This document shows, in pieces, positions 1 through 13,779 of a stretch of 64,000 nt of DNA. The DNA comes from Basidiobolus meristosporus CBS 931.73 (lineage: Eukaryota; Fungi; Basidiobolomycota). The stretch covers positions 1 to 64,000 of the forward strand of contig MCFE01000348.1 of assembly GCA_002104905.1 (NCBI GenBank). Reading direction: 5' to 3'. Made by a program: the position numbers and the translations under genes. Position 1 is the first letter of the stretch. Every line of letters begins with the position of its first letter. Under the pieces are notes generated by a model that saw only the letters and a program-made list of their open reading frames with translations, made no database searches and was not told the DNA's origin.

Positions 1-1460
1 CCACTTGCTGGTCTTCAACTGAAGGTAAGGCATTTGCTGTATTTTCATCTGCCTAAGCACCACAGTCAGCTTACAGCTCTGCAAAGATTTTTAATTGCCT
101 ACTTGTCTGAGATCCTGAGGAGTCTGCATTACTATCTTCAGTGGGCACAATGTCCGTAGGACCTTTTTTGGATGCAGCCCTGCTTGTTGCACTGAATGTC
201 AAAGCAGGCTGTTGTCCAACTGTTCTTCTGCTGCCACCATCAGTGGGGTTTAGTTGCAAATCAGACAGCTTTGCTTTATTCTTTGGTGGCATATATATAT
301 AAGCAAGTCAAACCAAAGGCAATATAGTAGTACTTATATGTGTATATGTGGTGACACAACTTTATTTTAAATGCTTACCATGGTGGGCCATCATTGAATC
401 TTACATTCATGTAGGTGCAATGTCTTATATACAAAACTGGCATAAATTTACATGAGGGTTGACCAAAAAGTGATATAACAGTGTCATGTGCTTGAAGGCA
501 AACTGTCTGCCTCATGTAAAAGGCTACTTTGTTTACATGCTGCAAAAGCAGAGAAAAAAGACCATGTGGCCAAAGTGGCCAGCCTCTCAGCCATAAAGCA
601 TGCAGACAGCATTGGAAATATTACACAGATCATGGCTAGTGTTTTGCCACACTATTCATATCTAACCATTTATTAGTCACTACTGTACCAATAACATCTT
701 ACCAGCCAGTTGATACTTCCATATTGGCACCTGGCCATACTTGACACTGTGCATAAGCCAATTCAGGTCAGATGTTTGTGTTACAAGCAGTCCAAGGTAT
801 ATGGTAACTTTGCAAGTATTCACACTAAACAGCTGTAAAGTTGAAGTGATAGGGGTATGTCAATTGTGGCAGGTGTACGTGCCTGAAGAGGTAAGTAAGC
901 AGGAAGCCATAGTATTTTTTGATTCAAGCTATATGTGGAATATCCTGCAGCAGATCACCAATACCAGCTTGATGCATTTACAGCCTTTATGCAGGGAGTT
1001 TGTAATGGAATGTAAGCCGCTGAGCTATAGGCATAAAGCTGAATGCGTAGATCTCTACTGCTACTGTACCCATTCTCTACTCCATCTTGCTGAGTGTGTA
1101 GAGAAAACTTGGCCTAGCCTCATCTCCTGGGAATTCCTATGGAGCAAATGTGTAGGGAGAGAGGAAGACTAGTCAAGTTGCAGTTACCATCATATCCCAA
1201 TCCCATCAGGAATGCTACCTTCCAGTCAGTCAGATTAGCAAAGAGTTACTGCATGCAGGACAGCCAGGAAGAGTTGAAAATACTGAGGACAGATGTCTTT
1301 ATGGAGATATCAGTGCCTCTAGCATTAGGAAGCTAAGAAGTCCCAATGCATGAGTAATCACCTTAGTAATGCAAAGTTAGGTTGGACGCAACAATCTGCT
1401 AATTTCTGTTGGGACAACTTATCAAACTGATTTGTGTTTCTCTTGGTAACAAGACAGCTT
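1..1460. mobile_element. Scrambled fragment of the CACTA/EnSpm-type family (ORF2 5' end on minus, transposase pieces on plus)
   Basis: ORF 71..292 (MPPKNKAKLS...) matches ORFs at 22425 and 42714. The 741-1336 frames carry 'HSLLHLAECVE' and 'VKLQLPSYPNP', matching the transposase at 19282-19677. Segments are out of order relative to the copy at 18336-24814. Confidence 0.8.
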
Positions 1461-1799
1461 CCACACCATTCAATGTGGAATTTACACAAACAAGAGCCAG
1501 ATCACACCTACAAGAGGGACTAGAATCAAGCTGGGAAAGGAATACACTGGCCAAATGCCAAGATGTTTGTTGAGGATGCTCAGAGGGTAATCATTGCAGA
1601 AGTGGCAGCAATTTAGCATATATTTGTAAGATGTATACTCTACATAGTGCATCAAGACTATTAGAATGCCATGCAAATCTTGTCAAAAGACTGCTCAAAC
1701 ACTGTCCAGTTCCTACCTCTATTTGGCAGTAAAATTAGCAAAGCACTATCACAATCCCATCATAAGATTGTACGGAGGGTCATTGACTACAAGCTGCTA

Positions 1800-2349
1800 G
1801 CATTATGGTAGACTATTTGTGAGATCTAAATTGAAGGAACCTTCCACTTTTTGCCCACACTTCCCTTTCTCTGGCATGGCTAGACTTTCCCCTTCATCTT
1901 TTCCTTCATCACTGCTATTTCTTTCACTACCACATAGACTGAGTACTTCTGGATTGAGTTATACTTTCTCATCAACAAATGCTGCACTTGTGTATCCTTT
2001 TCTGTCTGCTTATTCCCAACCAGCACTTGTCTGGCAACCTGATGTATCTATACTGCTTGTCTGAGCTTTAAGCCCAGACCAGGATAGGAACCTATAGGAG
2101 CCTCCAGTTTTACCACTGCCAGCGCCTTCACTACAGCATTGATTAAGTGCATCTTGAATGCAGCTATGCTTCTTCCACAATGGATGCTATGCTAGTGCAT
2201 CAGTTTTTGCCTACTTCTTTCTTATTAGCACACTTCTGGCTACCTATTGTTCCTTTGCTGCTTGTGTGAGGCTTTTGTCCCTGCTTATCATTGCCTTGGA
2301 GGGGCTGCTGGTTTGAGCCATGGCTCCTCTATTATTTTGCCTTAGATGG
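1800..2349 (-). pseudogene. Diverged relic of the CACTA-family ORF2
   Basis: The reverse complement near 2300 (ggagccatggctcaaaccagcagc) and near 1900 (gcagtgatgaaggaaaag) resembles 23365-23400 and 23780-23800. Confidence 0.5.
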
Positions 2350-4435
2350 TGTGACAAGTCTTGGTATAAGAGCTGTAGAGGAATAGGGAGTTTAGCTAGT
2401 ATTGTATTCACTAAAACTTGAACTGACTTTTATTGAGGTTCTAGCAGCTCCTTATATACATTTTGCCAGATCAAATGCTGACTAATTGTATTTCCAAATG
2501 TAGGATGTGGCCAATGACTCATTTGATTGCATCATCATCACTGTATAAGGCCCTACTTAATGTATCTATTTCTGTCAGATAAGGATCTGCTGATTCATTT
2601 ACTGACTAACATTAATGATTTGATACATAGTGCTGATGCACTGATAGGCTAACCATAAAACTAATTAATTTGTCTATATATTCATACGCTAAGTAAAATG
2701 ATGATTGCTTAGTAGTTTTGTGTACTCTAACTCTGCATGCAGAAAGTGCTTTGTCTATATGCTCATTCCATCTACTGGTAGCTCCATTTGCATACTTGGT
2801 CAGGATTTTCTCAAATATCCATTAAACTAGTCAGTGACTCCATCAGTTCTATGGTGTTATGACAAGGCTTCAAGTGTCTGATGTGCTGCATTTCCAGGTG
2901 CAAAGAGTGCTTTGACTGTTTACTCATCCCATCTACTGACAACTCCGTTTGCATACTTGGTCAGCATTTTTCCAAATAGTCCATTAAACTGTTCAGTGAC
3001 TCCGTTAGTTCTGGGGTGAAATGCCAAGGTTTTGAAGTGTTAGATCTGCTGCATTTCCAGGTAAGCTTCCAATGTCTTTGCCGTAAAGTTTGCTCCTCCA
3101 TTGGTTAGAATCTCTACAGGGCATCTAAACTTCATAAGGATCTCATGGTAGATGAAATTTGCAACTTTTTGCTCACTGGCTGTAGGTACAGTATTAGCAA
3201 CTGGCCATTTGGTGGCATGGTCAATTGCTTCTAGGATCCAACAGTTGCATTTCCTGGTTCTTGGCTGTTTTCCAATAAAGTCAATCCCCTTGTCTTTCAA
3301 ATGGTCTTACTGGCTCCAAGGGAAAGAGTTTGGCAATTCTTTGTAGCTGGCGTTGAATGATTGGACAGTTTGGGCAGGTTTTCACTAGCTTCTCAATATC
3401 TTGTTTCATTTGGGGCCACTATGCTCTGGCTTTCACAAGGCTATAGGTTCCTTTAGTCCCAAGATGTCCATATCCATTTTGGAACTTATGTATTAGATCC
3501 AGGCAAGCAATGTAAGGGCAATAGGCAATAAATGGGTCATGAATGTTGCAGGGCCATTGCTGAGGCCAATACTCATGTCTAAGTACTTGTATTGTCCATA
3601 TCTGGTCCTGAAAGCTGTCTTAGGGATGTCTTCTGGCTTCATCCTAATCTGATTGTATCATGACATGAGGTCAATCTTGCTGAATATAGTGGCCCCATTG
3701 AGTTGGTCCAATGGCTCATTCATCCAAGGTATGGGGTACTTATTATTCACAGTGTGTGAGCTGAGGGCTCTGTAGTCAACGCACATTCTAAGTGTTCCAT
3801 CCATCTTCTTCACAAATAGAACTTGTGCTTCCCAAAGTGGCTTGCTGGGTCTGATACATCCTTGCTCCAGCTGCACCTGCCAGGTAAGAAGCTGCATAAT
3901 GTAACTTGCTTTGTGGAGCAATTCCCTTAGCCTTCAAGGCTACTTCAATCTGGATGAGCCAGGTTCCCAGGTTTTCATTGACTATACCATGGTACCAGTT
4001 GAGCTTAGCACTAAAGTTGCTTTTGACCGGGTTTTGCTGGCTTTGGGCCAAGGTAGTCATTCCATGTTGGTGCTGGGCCAGGATTTGTTGCATAGCATTC
4101 TTCCATTCTTGTTTTTGGACATCTTGAGGGAGGCTTCTTCTTTCTTCAGGAGTGAGGTTTCTGATCATTGCTGCTACCAATGTTACAAGTCTTGGTATAA
4201 GAGTTGTAGAGGAACAGGGAGCTTGGCTTGTATTGTATTCATTAAAAATTGAACTGATTTTTATTGAGGTTCCAACAGCACTTATATATGTTTTGCCAGA
4301 TCATTTGCTGACTAATTATATTTTATACACCAGTACAGCCATTGGATTGGTTATGCACCTGTTTGATTGGTTGCATGCTAGCTATGACACCATTTCCAGT
4401 CACTATGATCAGGGATTTGATTGCTCAATGGGCTA
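2350..4435 (-). mobile_element. Internally deleted Ty3/Gypsy element, tRNA-iMet primed
   Basis: LTR-like copies start at 2350 (tgtgacaag) and 4181 (tgttacaag). Minus-strand gag (3788-4180) is fused directly to RT ('[19 protein letters not shown]', 3658-3921) and followed by integrase ('GIDFIG...AIDHATKWPVA', 3040-3300). Confidence 0.85.
4170..4179 (-). promoter_or_regulatory. Primer-binding site TGGTAGCAGC (tRNA-iMet-like)
   Basis: Lies 1 nt after the LTR end (...TAACA) on the minus strand. TGGTAGCAG is complementary to the 3' end of eukaryotic initiator tRNA-Met. Confidence 0.75.
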
Positions 4436-4886
4436 AATGGGATATTTGATGGCAAATCAGGTAGCTTGTGTATTGGTCAAAGAGCCAATAGGGGGCTGAC
4501 AGCTTCAGGATACCTTTGGACCAGCTAACCACTGAGATACAATCCAATTGGAGTAGTGGTAACCTAAATGGTAAGTATCATAGTAGTTTATAGTGTGATA
4601 GGCATTTGTTTCCATTTACATCAAAGAAACATATCCTAATACAGGATTTAACCTACCATAATACCAGCATCCAATTGCGCATGTGATATAAACATTACAA
4701 GTTGGCACCATCATTTGTGCCAACCTCATTGTGTCAGATTGTGCCATAGGGCTCAAGATTGTCTTGCATGGTACAAAATTGTCCAAGTGCAACCCTGGTT
4801 ACTGGTACCTATAATATTGTGCCCAATTGTTCTTAGAGACTGCGGATTGTGCTGCGTGCCCTGGCATTGTAGAATAGAGCAAGTCT
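4436..4886 (-). mobile_element. Terminal fragment of the AGACTTG-ended DDE_Tnp_4 element
   Basis: Homologous to about 30995-31436; ends in CAAGTCT at 4886. Confidence 0.8.
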
Positions 4887-4911
4887 ATAGATTTTCTGCA
4901 GTATAGCTGGT

Positions 4912-5056
4912 AAGACACAGGGGTGGCTTTGCATGAGGATGCAAAACTATGTTTCACATTGTGTGGCCAAATATAGGTCTGCCATGCCACTTTGGTGCAC
5001 TCTAGAACTGTTTGGTACACATGGCTCAATGTGGCACTTTTGAACAGAACAGGTTT
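4912..5056. mobile_element. Partial arm of the 730-bp foldback MITE
   Basis: Matches 26880-27024 (catggctcaatgtggcact...aacagaacaggttt). Confidence 0.75.
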
Positions 5057-5059
5057 TCT

Positions 5060-5980
5060 TTGTTGGGGGCAAATATATAAAGCAGAGTCAAATCTAGGAG
5101 AAGTGAGGTAATGAAGTGTATTCCATTACTACTATATTTCAAGTCCATATTGCTCTCATTTTTTTGTTGTGCTTTTTGCTATTGAAACACAGATGAATTA
5201 TCAAGAATTTCCAACTCTGAGGGACAAAACCTCAAGACCCTGACAATCAATCCCCCCAACAGTGTTATGTCATGCAGAACACTCTGTAGCCAGCACATAC
5301 TTCAAGCTACAACTCATTTGAGATAGTATTCATGGAGATGTGACCAAAAGAGTCTAATAACCATATATACTGGACCTTAGTTGCCAGGATTACTATGGCA
5401 ACTTTGATTGCATGTAACTTGTGGCAAGCCAATCCAATCATGTGAAGTTTACACAGGTGCTGCAACTATGTCCTATCTATGCCACATCAGAATTTTGGCT
5501 TTGCATCATGTGTATTGCTTGTAGATTAGCCCCAAAACTTTGATCCTTCAGAACTCCCCTTTATATGACTTTTCAAGCTGAAAAATGAATGAGAGCTTCT
5601 CTACCCAAAATCTTCCCACTACAAATGCAATTTTTTTGGTTACAAGACTTCATGTGCATCACTTGCACTGTAGAGTGATTCAAATTTGACTGGTAGTGTA
5701 ATAGTAAAGAGACTGCAAACCTCACTAAAATCCAATCTAAGTTCCAGACAAAAACTACCACTTTTTGGTCAGAGAAGTTACTTTAATGTAAATAAGCCCT
5801 ATAGTTGACAAAAGGTCACAACACTACTTTTGAGGTAAGAAACACTGGCTATAGTATATCTGTGCCTCAAATTGAGTTTATTGGGGAAAATTATACCTGT
5901 TAGTATATCAGATTCCCAATAAACTATTTCTGTATTAGCTTACTGGAAGTTGTTGCTTACTATTGACTAGCCTTCATATT
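5060..5980. repeat. Unclassified old repeat ('family X')
   Basis: The reverse complement of about 5200-5740 aligns by eye with about 12100-12621, and about 5140-5200 with 45837-45880. No recognisable ORF. Confidence 0.6.
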
Positions 5981-8900
5981 AGACTTGTTCCATTGTACAA
6001 TGCCAGAGTGCACGGCACAATCTGCAGTCTCAAAGAACAATTGGGCGCAATATTGTAGCTACCAGTAGGCAGGATCTCTCTTGGACAATTTTGGACCATG
6101 TGGGACAGTCTTGCACACTATGGCACAATCTGACATAACAAGGTTGGCACAAATGCTTGCACCCACTTGTAATGCTTGCATCATGTGTGCCATTGGATAC
6201 CGCTATTATGGTAGATAGAATCTGGTTTTTGGATATGTTTCTTTGATCCAAATGGAAATAAATGCGTATCACACTATAAACTACACTGATACTTACCATT
6301 TTGGTTACCATCCCTCCAATTGGATGGTATCTCAGTGGTAAATTGGTCCTAAAGTATCCTGAAGCTGTCAGCCCCCAATTGGCTCTTTGACCAATACACA
6401 AGCTACCTGATTTGCCATCAAATATTCCATTTTGCATATTAAGCAAGTAAATCCCTGATTGAAGTGATTGGACAGGGTGTCGTAGCTAGCACTCAACCTA
6501 TTGTATGGGTGCCAATCAGGTCAAATAGCTGCACTGGTGCCCCAGATAATGTTTACATATGCAGGGTGTTTATTTATAGGGGTCCAGTGTCAAATGTGAG
6601 ACAGCCTTGATATTGCTTATATCAAAAATTTGGTGATCACTGATTTGCAATGGCTTGATGCGGATCACAAAAAAATGTGTTGTTTGGATCATTACAAATA
6701 ATAGCAATTCAATGCAATTGCATCATCTTCTCCTAGGCTTTTTTCTCACAGGGACCACTACTGAAGCATTTGGTAGTGATTCACTTTGCACACCTAAACT
6801 ACTTTCTTGTTGACTATCCTCTTGGCTGTTTATATATTTGTAGTCAGTATTCTGCCTCCTAGTTGATGAGTGCAATGCTGCAGCTTGGCCGCCTGCATTT
6901 TACTGGATGATGCAACTGAGCTGGCCTGCAGTGCTACATGCTGACGCATTCTTTTACTTGCCAAAGGCTCTGATGGTGGAGGCACTTCATGGGGGTCATC
7001 ATCTGTCAGTTCACCAGAAGAAACTTGCTGATGGTCAGGTGTTATAGCACATGCAGACTCAACTTGATGCGCTGGCATGGCCCTTGGCTGAGTTCAATGT
7101 GATGCCACTTGTTGACACAACTTGGCCCACTCCAATGGACTCTTGTCTTTTTGAGCAGTTTGGTGGGGTTTGGTGGTTTTGTCTGAAGTGCGCATGCTGA
7201 CCCAATATGCATTGAGTCTATGCAAGGTGCTCTTGTGAAGGGTATTGGCATAGTTTGGACTGACATGCGCTGGTGTGCTGAAGCTGCAAGGGATGGTAAG
7301 GAATCCAGCAAGGCATGCTAGCGCAATCTAGACAATGTTGCTTGTAGTCTGTATTCTTCCTCTTGAAGCTCACCTTCTGATTCCTCAAGTTATTCACTTA
7401 CCCTTTGTCTAATACTTTGCAACTGTTGCCTGGATGAGTCCTGTGTATGTTGCTCTTGGAAGCCACTTAGCTCTACTAATGCATCATGTAATACATTAGT
7501 CATGTGAGGCAAAAACTCATTCAAAATCTCTTTGGTTCCCAAACTTGAGGCACAAATAAACACGTCTGGCCTGTACTGTGCAAATTGCGTGCAAAATTGT
7601 TCCTGTGCAGCTTCCTCATCAAATCCCCTCACTCTCAGCTCATTCTTGATTCCAATACTTGTTTTGTTATATATCATCTTAAATACATCTGCTTGCATCT
7701 CAATCTAGAACTATTGACACAGCTTTCTACTCCGGTTCTTCCATCTCTGTCAACTCTCCAAGGTATCTGGTTCTGCTAGATTAATGAGTTGTGCCAAAAT
7801 ATCTGTATGAAGGCTCATCATAGACACTTGGGCCATACTGAAATCATTTGGCAAGAACTTGAACGGATCCAACATTGTCTTTTCTGGTCAGGACTGTGCT
7901 TGTAAGCTGGGGGATGGGTTTTGTCTGGTTGAACTAAAGATGAGTTGAGACTTGGTATTGGGACCATAGTGATGGATTGGATACTTATACAGTGGCGTAT
8001 TGTCATCAACCTGGTCTTATATAAAATATGTATAAAAACCAATGTGATTATTGATTTTTCCATACATTATGCATGATGCATCTTGGATCTCATTGACATG
8101 GATCAGATCACATCAATTGCAGATTTCCTATTTGATTACAGACTTGTGAATAAAACATCAATAAAAATACCCAGTTGTTGTTTAAGGATAATTTTTGCAA
8201 CATAATGATGGGATACATGGCATTTGGTGGAGATTTATCACAGTGCATTGAAAATCAGATAAATAAAGCTGATTGCGCCAAATTGAATCATATCATCTCA
8301 ACCCAATCCTTACCAATTTTAATATGACTTACTCATCTGAATAGTCTTTTCTCATCAATCCCATCACTACCACTGGATTTCCTTTTGACACACTAGAGAT
8401 CTATACCAAGTACCCTGGACTATCTACCTCAATCCGCTGAAGGAGATCATTTGTAAAGCTTCTCTGCTATTACAAGAACTATTGTGCTACAAGGTTTCAT
8501 CCCACCATCCTAGCAACAAAAGTCCTAGAAGCTTTCATTCACAGCTTACAGCAATGGAAAACCACCTTGCAGAGGATATGAATGACTTAGAGTAAGCTTG
8601 GAATACTAGGTTTAGAAGCTTCAATAGACTTCTGTTACAAGTCTGGGTATAAGAGTTGTAGAGGAATAGGGAGTTTAGCTAGTATTGTATTGACTAAAAC
8701 TTGAACTGATCTTTATTGAGGTTCCAGCGGCTCCTTATATACATTTTGCCAGATCAATTGCTGACTAATTGTATTTCCTAATGTAGGTTGTGGCTGATGA
8801 CTCATTTGATTGAATCATCATCACCCAATAAGCTCCTACTTAATATATCTATTTCTGTGTGATATGGATCTGCTGATTCATTTGCAGACTAATGCTACTG

Positions 8901-9660
8901 ATTTCATAGATACTACTGATATACTGATAACCTAAACATATACTAATTGATTTGACTAAGAACTGATCTAACTTAAACATTCAAGCGGCAGATCATAACA
9001 CTTCCATATCCCAGAGTGTTCAGCAACAGGTTCCATATAAGGAGTATTTTGGATACCTTCCCAGTCAGGATTAACAGACCTTCTAGAGGGCAGAAACACT
9101 TTTATTTAGGCAAGTACAAGGCACACTGTGTGAAATTTCAAGCACTGTCTGGCACTGAGAGTAACATCATCTGGTTTAGTGGGCCATTTGCAGGAAGTAG
9201 GCATGTCAAAATACTCTGCATAGAGAATCATCCAGAACTCAGTAGAGGGGAGAAATGTATGGCAGACTTAGCTCATATAGGAGAGGATTGTCAGAGATTA
9301 GGATGTATTACAGTTTATAGGAAGCCAAGGAATGGTGTGCTTAGCAGGAAGCTGAAGCTCTACAGTGAGATATTTAATCACTTTAGAGTGAGGGTAGAGC
9401 ATACATTTGGAGATCTGAAGAGATTGAGCATATTGGCAGGTAAATACAGAGGAAAGTCATATATAGGAGAAAACAGCAGAATAGGCAATAGAGTTAAGAT
9501 ACTTATCAATGCACAGTATATTCATACAAGAAGACATCCACTAAGAGAAATGTGTCTGGAGCATTATGAAGAGTAAATAAAGCAAGGAAAGCACTACTCT
9601 TAGCAACATAAGTAAGATTGAGTAAAATTACCAGTAACTACAGCATACCACTGGCATGAT
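5981..9660 (+). mobile_element. DDE_Tnp_4 (PIF/Harbinger-ISL2EU-like) DNA transposon, copy 1, right end lost
   Basis: Starts AGACTTGTTCC after ATT. Has a minus-strand second ORF (7390-7698, 7042-7311, 6830-7078) and a plus-strand transposase (about 8325-9600; 'ILDTFP', 'ADLAH', 'RVEH'). Confidence 0.9.
8633..9000. mobile_element. Solo LTR (368 bp) of the Met-primed Gypsy family, inserted in the DDE_Tnp_4 transposase
   Basis: TGTTA...TAACA termini; 4-bp TSD CTTC (8629-8632 and 9001-9004); homologous to the 2350- and 4181-copies. Confidence 0.9.
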
Positions 9661-9966
9661 GCTAAATGCTTCACGCTAATCAGAATACAACACAACAGAA
9701 ATAGTATCTCATATGCATATATAGGTGGTGCTACAGCCTGATATCTAATGCTTATTACGGTTGTAAGTGTGTTGTGATACTTGATGTTATTGGGAGGACA
9801 AGTACCTTATGTGGATTTCACCTGATGATTTATTGAATATAAGATTAGTACTTATGCTCACACATAGTCTTTGCAAAGCAAACACATAAATACTGTCCAA
9901 AAGGTCTCAAGAGTATGCGTGCAAGGTCTGGGACTCATTGGGCTTTTTTGAGATACTTCATGTACT

Positions 9967-10697
9967 AGACCTGTTCTGTAGGATAATGCCACATTGAGCC
10001 ATGAGTGCCAATTAATGCCACAGTATGCCAGGGAGGCCAGGTGAGCTTATGCCTGGCCACTTAGTGTGAAACATAGCTCTGCATCTTCATGCAAAGCTCC
10101 CGTTGTGCTTCACCCATTATACTGGAGAAAATCTGTTTTTTGACCTTTTTGTTTGGATCAATGCCATGTAGGATAAGTCAGAGCACAAAAGGAATCAAGA
10201 TATTCATCTGGTACTTAATACCCATGGCACAATGAGTCTATCTCATGCAGCTTGTATCATGTCACAAAAATGCATGGCACTATCTTGGTCCACTGATACT
10301 ATCTGGCACTATAAGTGGTTGATATAGGTTTTACTTTAGGGCTAATATTTAAATGTAGTGCCTGATTGTATTAGTGGACCAAGATGGAGCCATGCAGTTT
10401 GGTAATATGATACAAGCCACAGGAGCCAGATTCAGAGTGTCAAAGGTATTGAGTACCAGATGCATGTCTTCATTCCTTTGTTGCTCTTACACATCCTGCA
10501 CAACATTGATCCAAAAAAAGGTCAAAAAATGGATTTCTCCAGCATATTGGGTGAAACACAGGGGCTACTTTGCCTGATGATGAAGAGCTATGTTTCACAC
10601 TCTGTTGGCAAGTTTAGGTCTGCTATACCTTTCTGGCATGCAATGGCACTATTTGGCGCTCATGGCTGAATGGGGATCTGTCCAACAGAACAAGTCT
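9967..10697. mobile_element. Foldback MITE, copy 1 (older, diverged arms)
   Basis: AGACCTG...CAAGTCT ends, TSD ACT/ACT, long inverted arms. Confidence 0.9.
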
Positions 10698-10779
10698 ACT
10701 ATGTACCAGATGCTTTTGAGGAGAAAATCCTATGACAAATAAGTTGGCCCCAAATGTGAATGCAATCAGAACCAGCTAT

Positions 10780-11560
10780 GAAGAACCCACAATAAGGCTA
10801 TTATATTGCTGACAGCTTAGGATTGCTGATCATCTGTGTACTGTTTTGATGGGATTGTGACAGTACTTGAGTAATTATACCACTATATAGGAAAGTAAGC
10901 TTGATAGTGTTCAAGTGCTTCATTATTGGGATTTAGATGGCATTCTGACAGTCTTAATGCAGCCTGCACTGACTTCAGTATACTCAACTGGCTAATATGT
11001 CCAATTGCCATACATGCATAAGAGCACTATAATATTTTGATGGCCTTGAAGAAGACATCTGTTGGCATTATAATGGTAGCATAGTAGCTTATGGCTAACA
11101 CTGCAAAATGCTACCATACCAGTTTACCAATTCATATTTCCTTCGGCTACCTTGCCCTGCATTATTGTTGTATTCTATTGTGGAATCACCCTAATTTTTT
11201 TGCTTACTAACTTGTACCATGAGAATACCACAGCTAGTTTAGTCAAACAAACCATGACCTCCTACCTACTAAACTCTATATACATGCACACCCACTGCAA
11301 TTGACACACTTCTATCACCTAGACTTTTGGGCTTTTCAATGTATTACTTGCAAAGATGCAGTAAGCCATGTATTACTAGCAACTTATACATCTTGCAAAC
11401 ATATGTTTGGTTGCCACCACTTCTGCCACAAGTACCTCCCAAATATCATCAAAGTACTTTATGTTACATAGCAGTATAGTCCTTTTCTTTACTGAATTCT
11501 GGTCCACCTTACAGGTACACACTAGTATGTACTTGTATGAATTCTGGCATGCTGTATTAG
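10780..11560. mobile_element. Diverged relic of the CACTA-family left arm and transposase 3' end
   Basis: Similar by eye to about 18400-19070. Confidence 0.55.
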
Positions 11561-11879
11561 AACTGGTTTGGGGCTTGCTCTGCAATGCAATGGTAGTTCT
11601 GAGGTATACAACAACTTTTGGTATTCTACTATTGAAATACATTTTTGGGACTTTAACATATCAGTAGAAGATATAAATTTCACCTATATGCTTCATCTTA
11701 GACTCAAAGTATACCACAGGCAATGTTTCCCACTCTTACAGCAGAGTTCTGACCTTTGGCTGACTGCTGGGCTTATTGATTTTTAAAGCAACTTTTCCTG
11801 ATTTGAAATTTGCTTTCATTTCTGAGAGATATATCCTTTATGGGAAAGTCTGAGCTCCTCCTTGACCATAAGAGTTATG

Positions 11880-12040
11880 GTAAAGGGGTCTCTAAAGGGG
11901 ACTTTGGACTTAAATATGTGTCTAAAGGGGTGCATTGGCATAAAGGTAAATTTTTAGAGTAAAGGGGTTTTTTAGTGGAATCTCTTGAGCGGTTAATTGA
12001 GTAAAGGGGTATCTGTAGAGTAAAGGGGTTTCATAAAGAG
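11880..12040 (+). repeat. Cluster of short TAAAGGGG / GAGTAAAGGGG motifs
   Basis: About six TAAAGGGG copies plus variants, irregularly spaced. Confidence 0.7.
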
Positions 12041-13718
12041 GAATCATCTGACAGAAAAGTGGTAGTTTTGTTCAGAACTTACGTTGAATTCTTGTGAGCT
12101 CTACAGTCTCTTTACCAATATGCTACCAATTAGAGTCAAATTTCTCAACAGTGCAGCAATGCAGGGAGAGTCTTATAGCCTTTAATCTTATAATGGGACT
12201 ATTAGATTCTTAAGGAGAGGTCCTTATTTTATTTTCCCACCAGAGAAGTCATGTTTATGAAAATTCCAAAGAATCAAAGTTTTTGGGCAGTTGTGCAGGC
12301 AATACACTTGTTAAAATGCTAAAATTTTGCAGTGGCCAGATTGGACATAGATGCAGCACCTGTGTAAGCTTCACATGATTTGATTGGCAGATTAATAGCT
12401 ACATGAAATCAAAGTACCCACAGTAATCCTAGGAACAGATGCCCAGTATATTTCAATATGGTGCACTATTGATCATCACTCCTTAAATGCTGCTTCAAAT
12501 GAGCTGTAATCTGAAACATGTATTGGCTACTGAGTGCTCTACATAATATGATAGTTGCAGCTGGGCTGCTGTTACAATCTTGAGCTTTTGTTCCTAAAAG
12601 TTGAAGATTCTAGACCTTTCACCCTTTGAAAAACAATTTGGTTCTGCTGTAGTGGTGTGTGAGTCCAAGGGAGAGATACATCCAACACTTCTCAAGTGTT
12701 TTGTTTGCAGGGTGCTCACTGGGTGCAATAACCTCTGGTAAAAGCTTGCTAGGAGTTCTTGGGTTCTGTCTCTAATCTAATGTGATGGGGAATAAAGCCA
12801 CAAGCTTGTCAAGGGAAAGCTATTGAGCTACAATCCCAAACTTGGTTGGCGTCTTAACAAAAGTATGTGCTGGGTTCAGCATCCTTTGAGATGACAATGT
12901 ACTAAAGCTTCCAAAGTAAAAACAGCTGTAAAATCCACCAGCAGGGACTTGAGAAGAGTGCAGCTGTGGCCAATAGTTACAAAGACAGAGAAGTATCTTT
13001 GCCTGTACAAGAACAAACTTGGGAAAGAATCAAATATAATAAAAGATACCTACTCTGAGTATTCCTCACAAGTAGTGCCTCCAAGGTCAGCTGGATGTCA
13101 GCACAGTTTCCTGGGAGTGTACTGTGGTCTGGGGTTGGAAGTTCAGGTAGCAGCAGGAAGCAGTGCTCACACTAATCAGCAAGTTGGTATATTGATAAAA
13201 GGGAAGATGATTTACTGTTGAGGGATAGCCTCTCTTATATACTTTGCTTACTGACTAAGTGATTACTACTCATGGTGCTCTAGAAGGTTCCAGATATCAA
13301 TAGAAATTTTAATGACATCAGAATGACCTAAGAATGTTCTAAATAGGTGCTGGAAGGCTCTACAAGGCACAGCACATCCAACCAATAAGGAATCAGTATT
13401 CTGAATTCTGTGTAATATAGGGATATCATATATGGTATGGAAATGGTAGGGATGGTGACTCAGGTTAAGCATGTGTCATGGGTACTGGTGCATGTACTTG
13501 CCCAATATAGAGGCACTTACTGCTAGTAATCTTACGTAAAGCAGGGGCTAACTTATGTAATAAGGTAAGCAAGTGGGATAGTCAACTGGCTCATGGGATA
13601 GCACTGAACAGGTAAGACAAATGGGATAAAACTAAAATAAGTGTAGTAGAGAAATAGGGAAGTAGAAAATATGGGAATGAGCACATCTGTCAGTAGGTGT
13701 CACTGTGACCCTACTGCA

Positions 13719-13732
13719 TCCACCCCCCTCTC
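13719..13732 (-). promoter_or_regulatory. Polypurine tract GAGAGGGGGGTGGA
   Basis: Directly abuts the 3' LTR start on the minus strand. Confidence 0.85.
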
Positions 13733-13779
13733 AGCTTTGAGCTTGGGTCAAAGCAAACTAATCCAGATGTGCAAAGTTC

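Noticed and set aside
11880-12040. Interstitial telomere
   Set aside because: The motifs are not tandem and are irregularly spaced.
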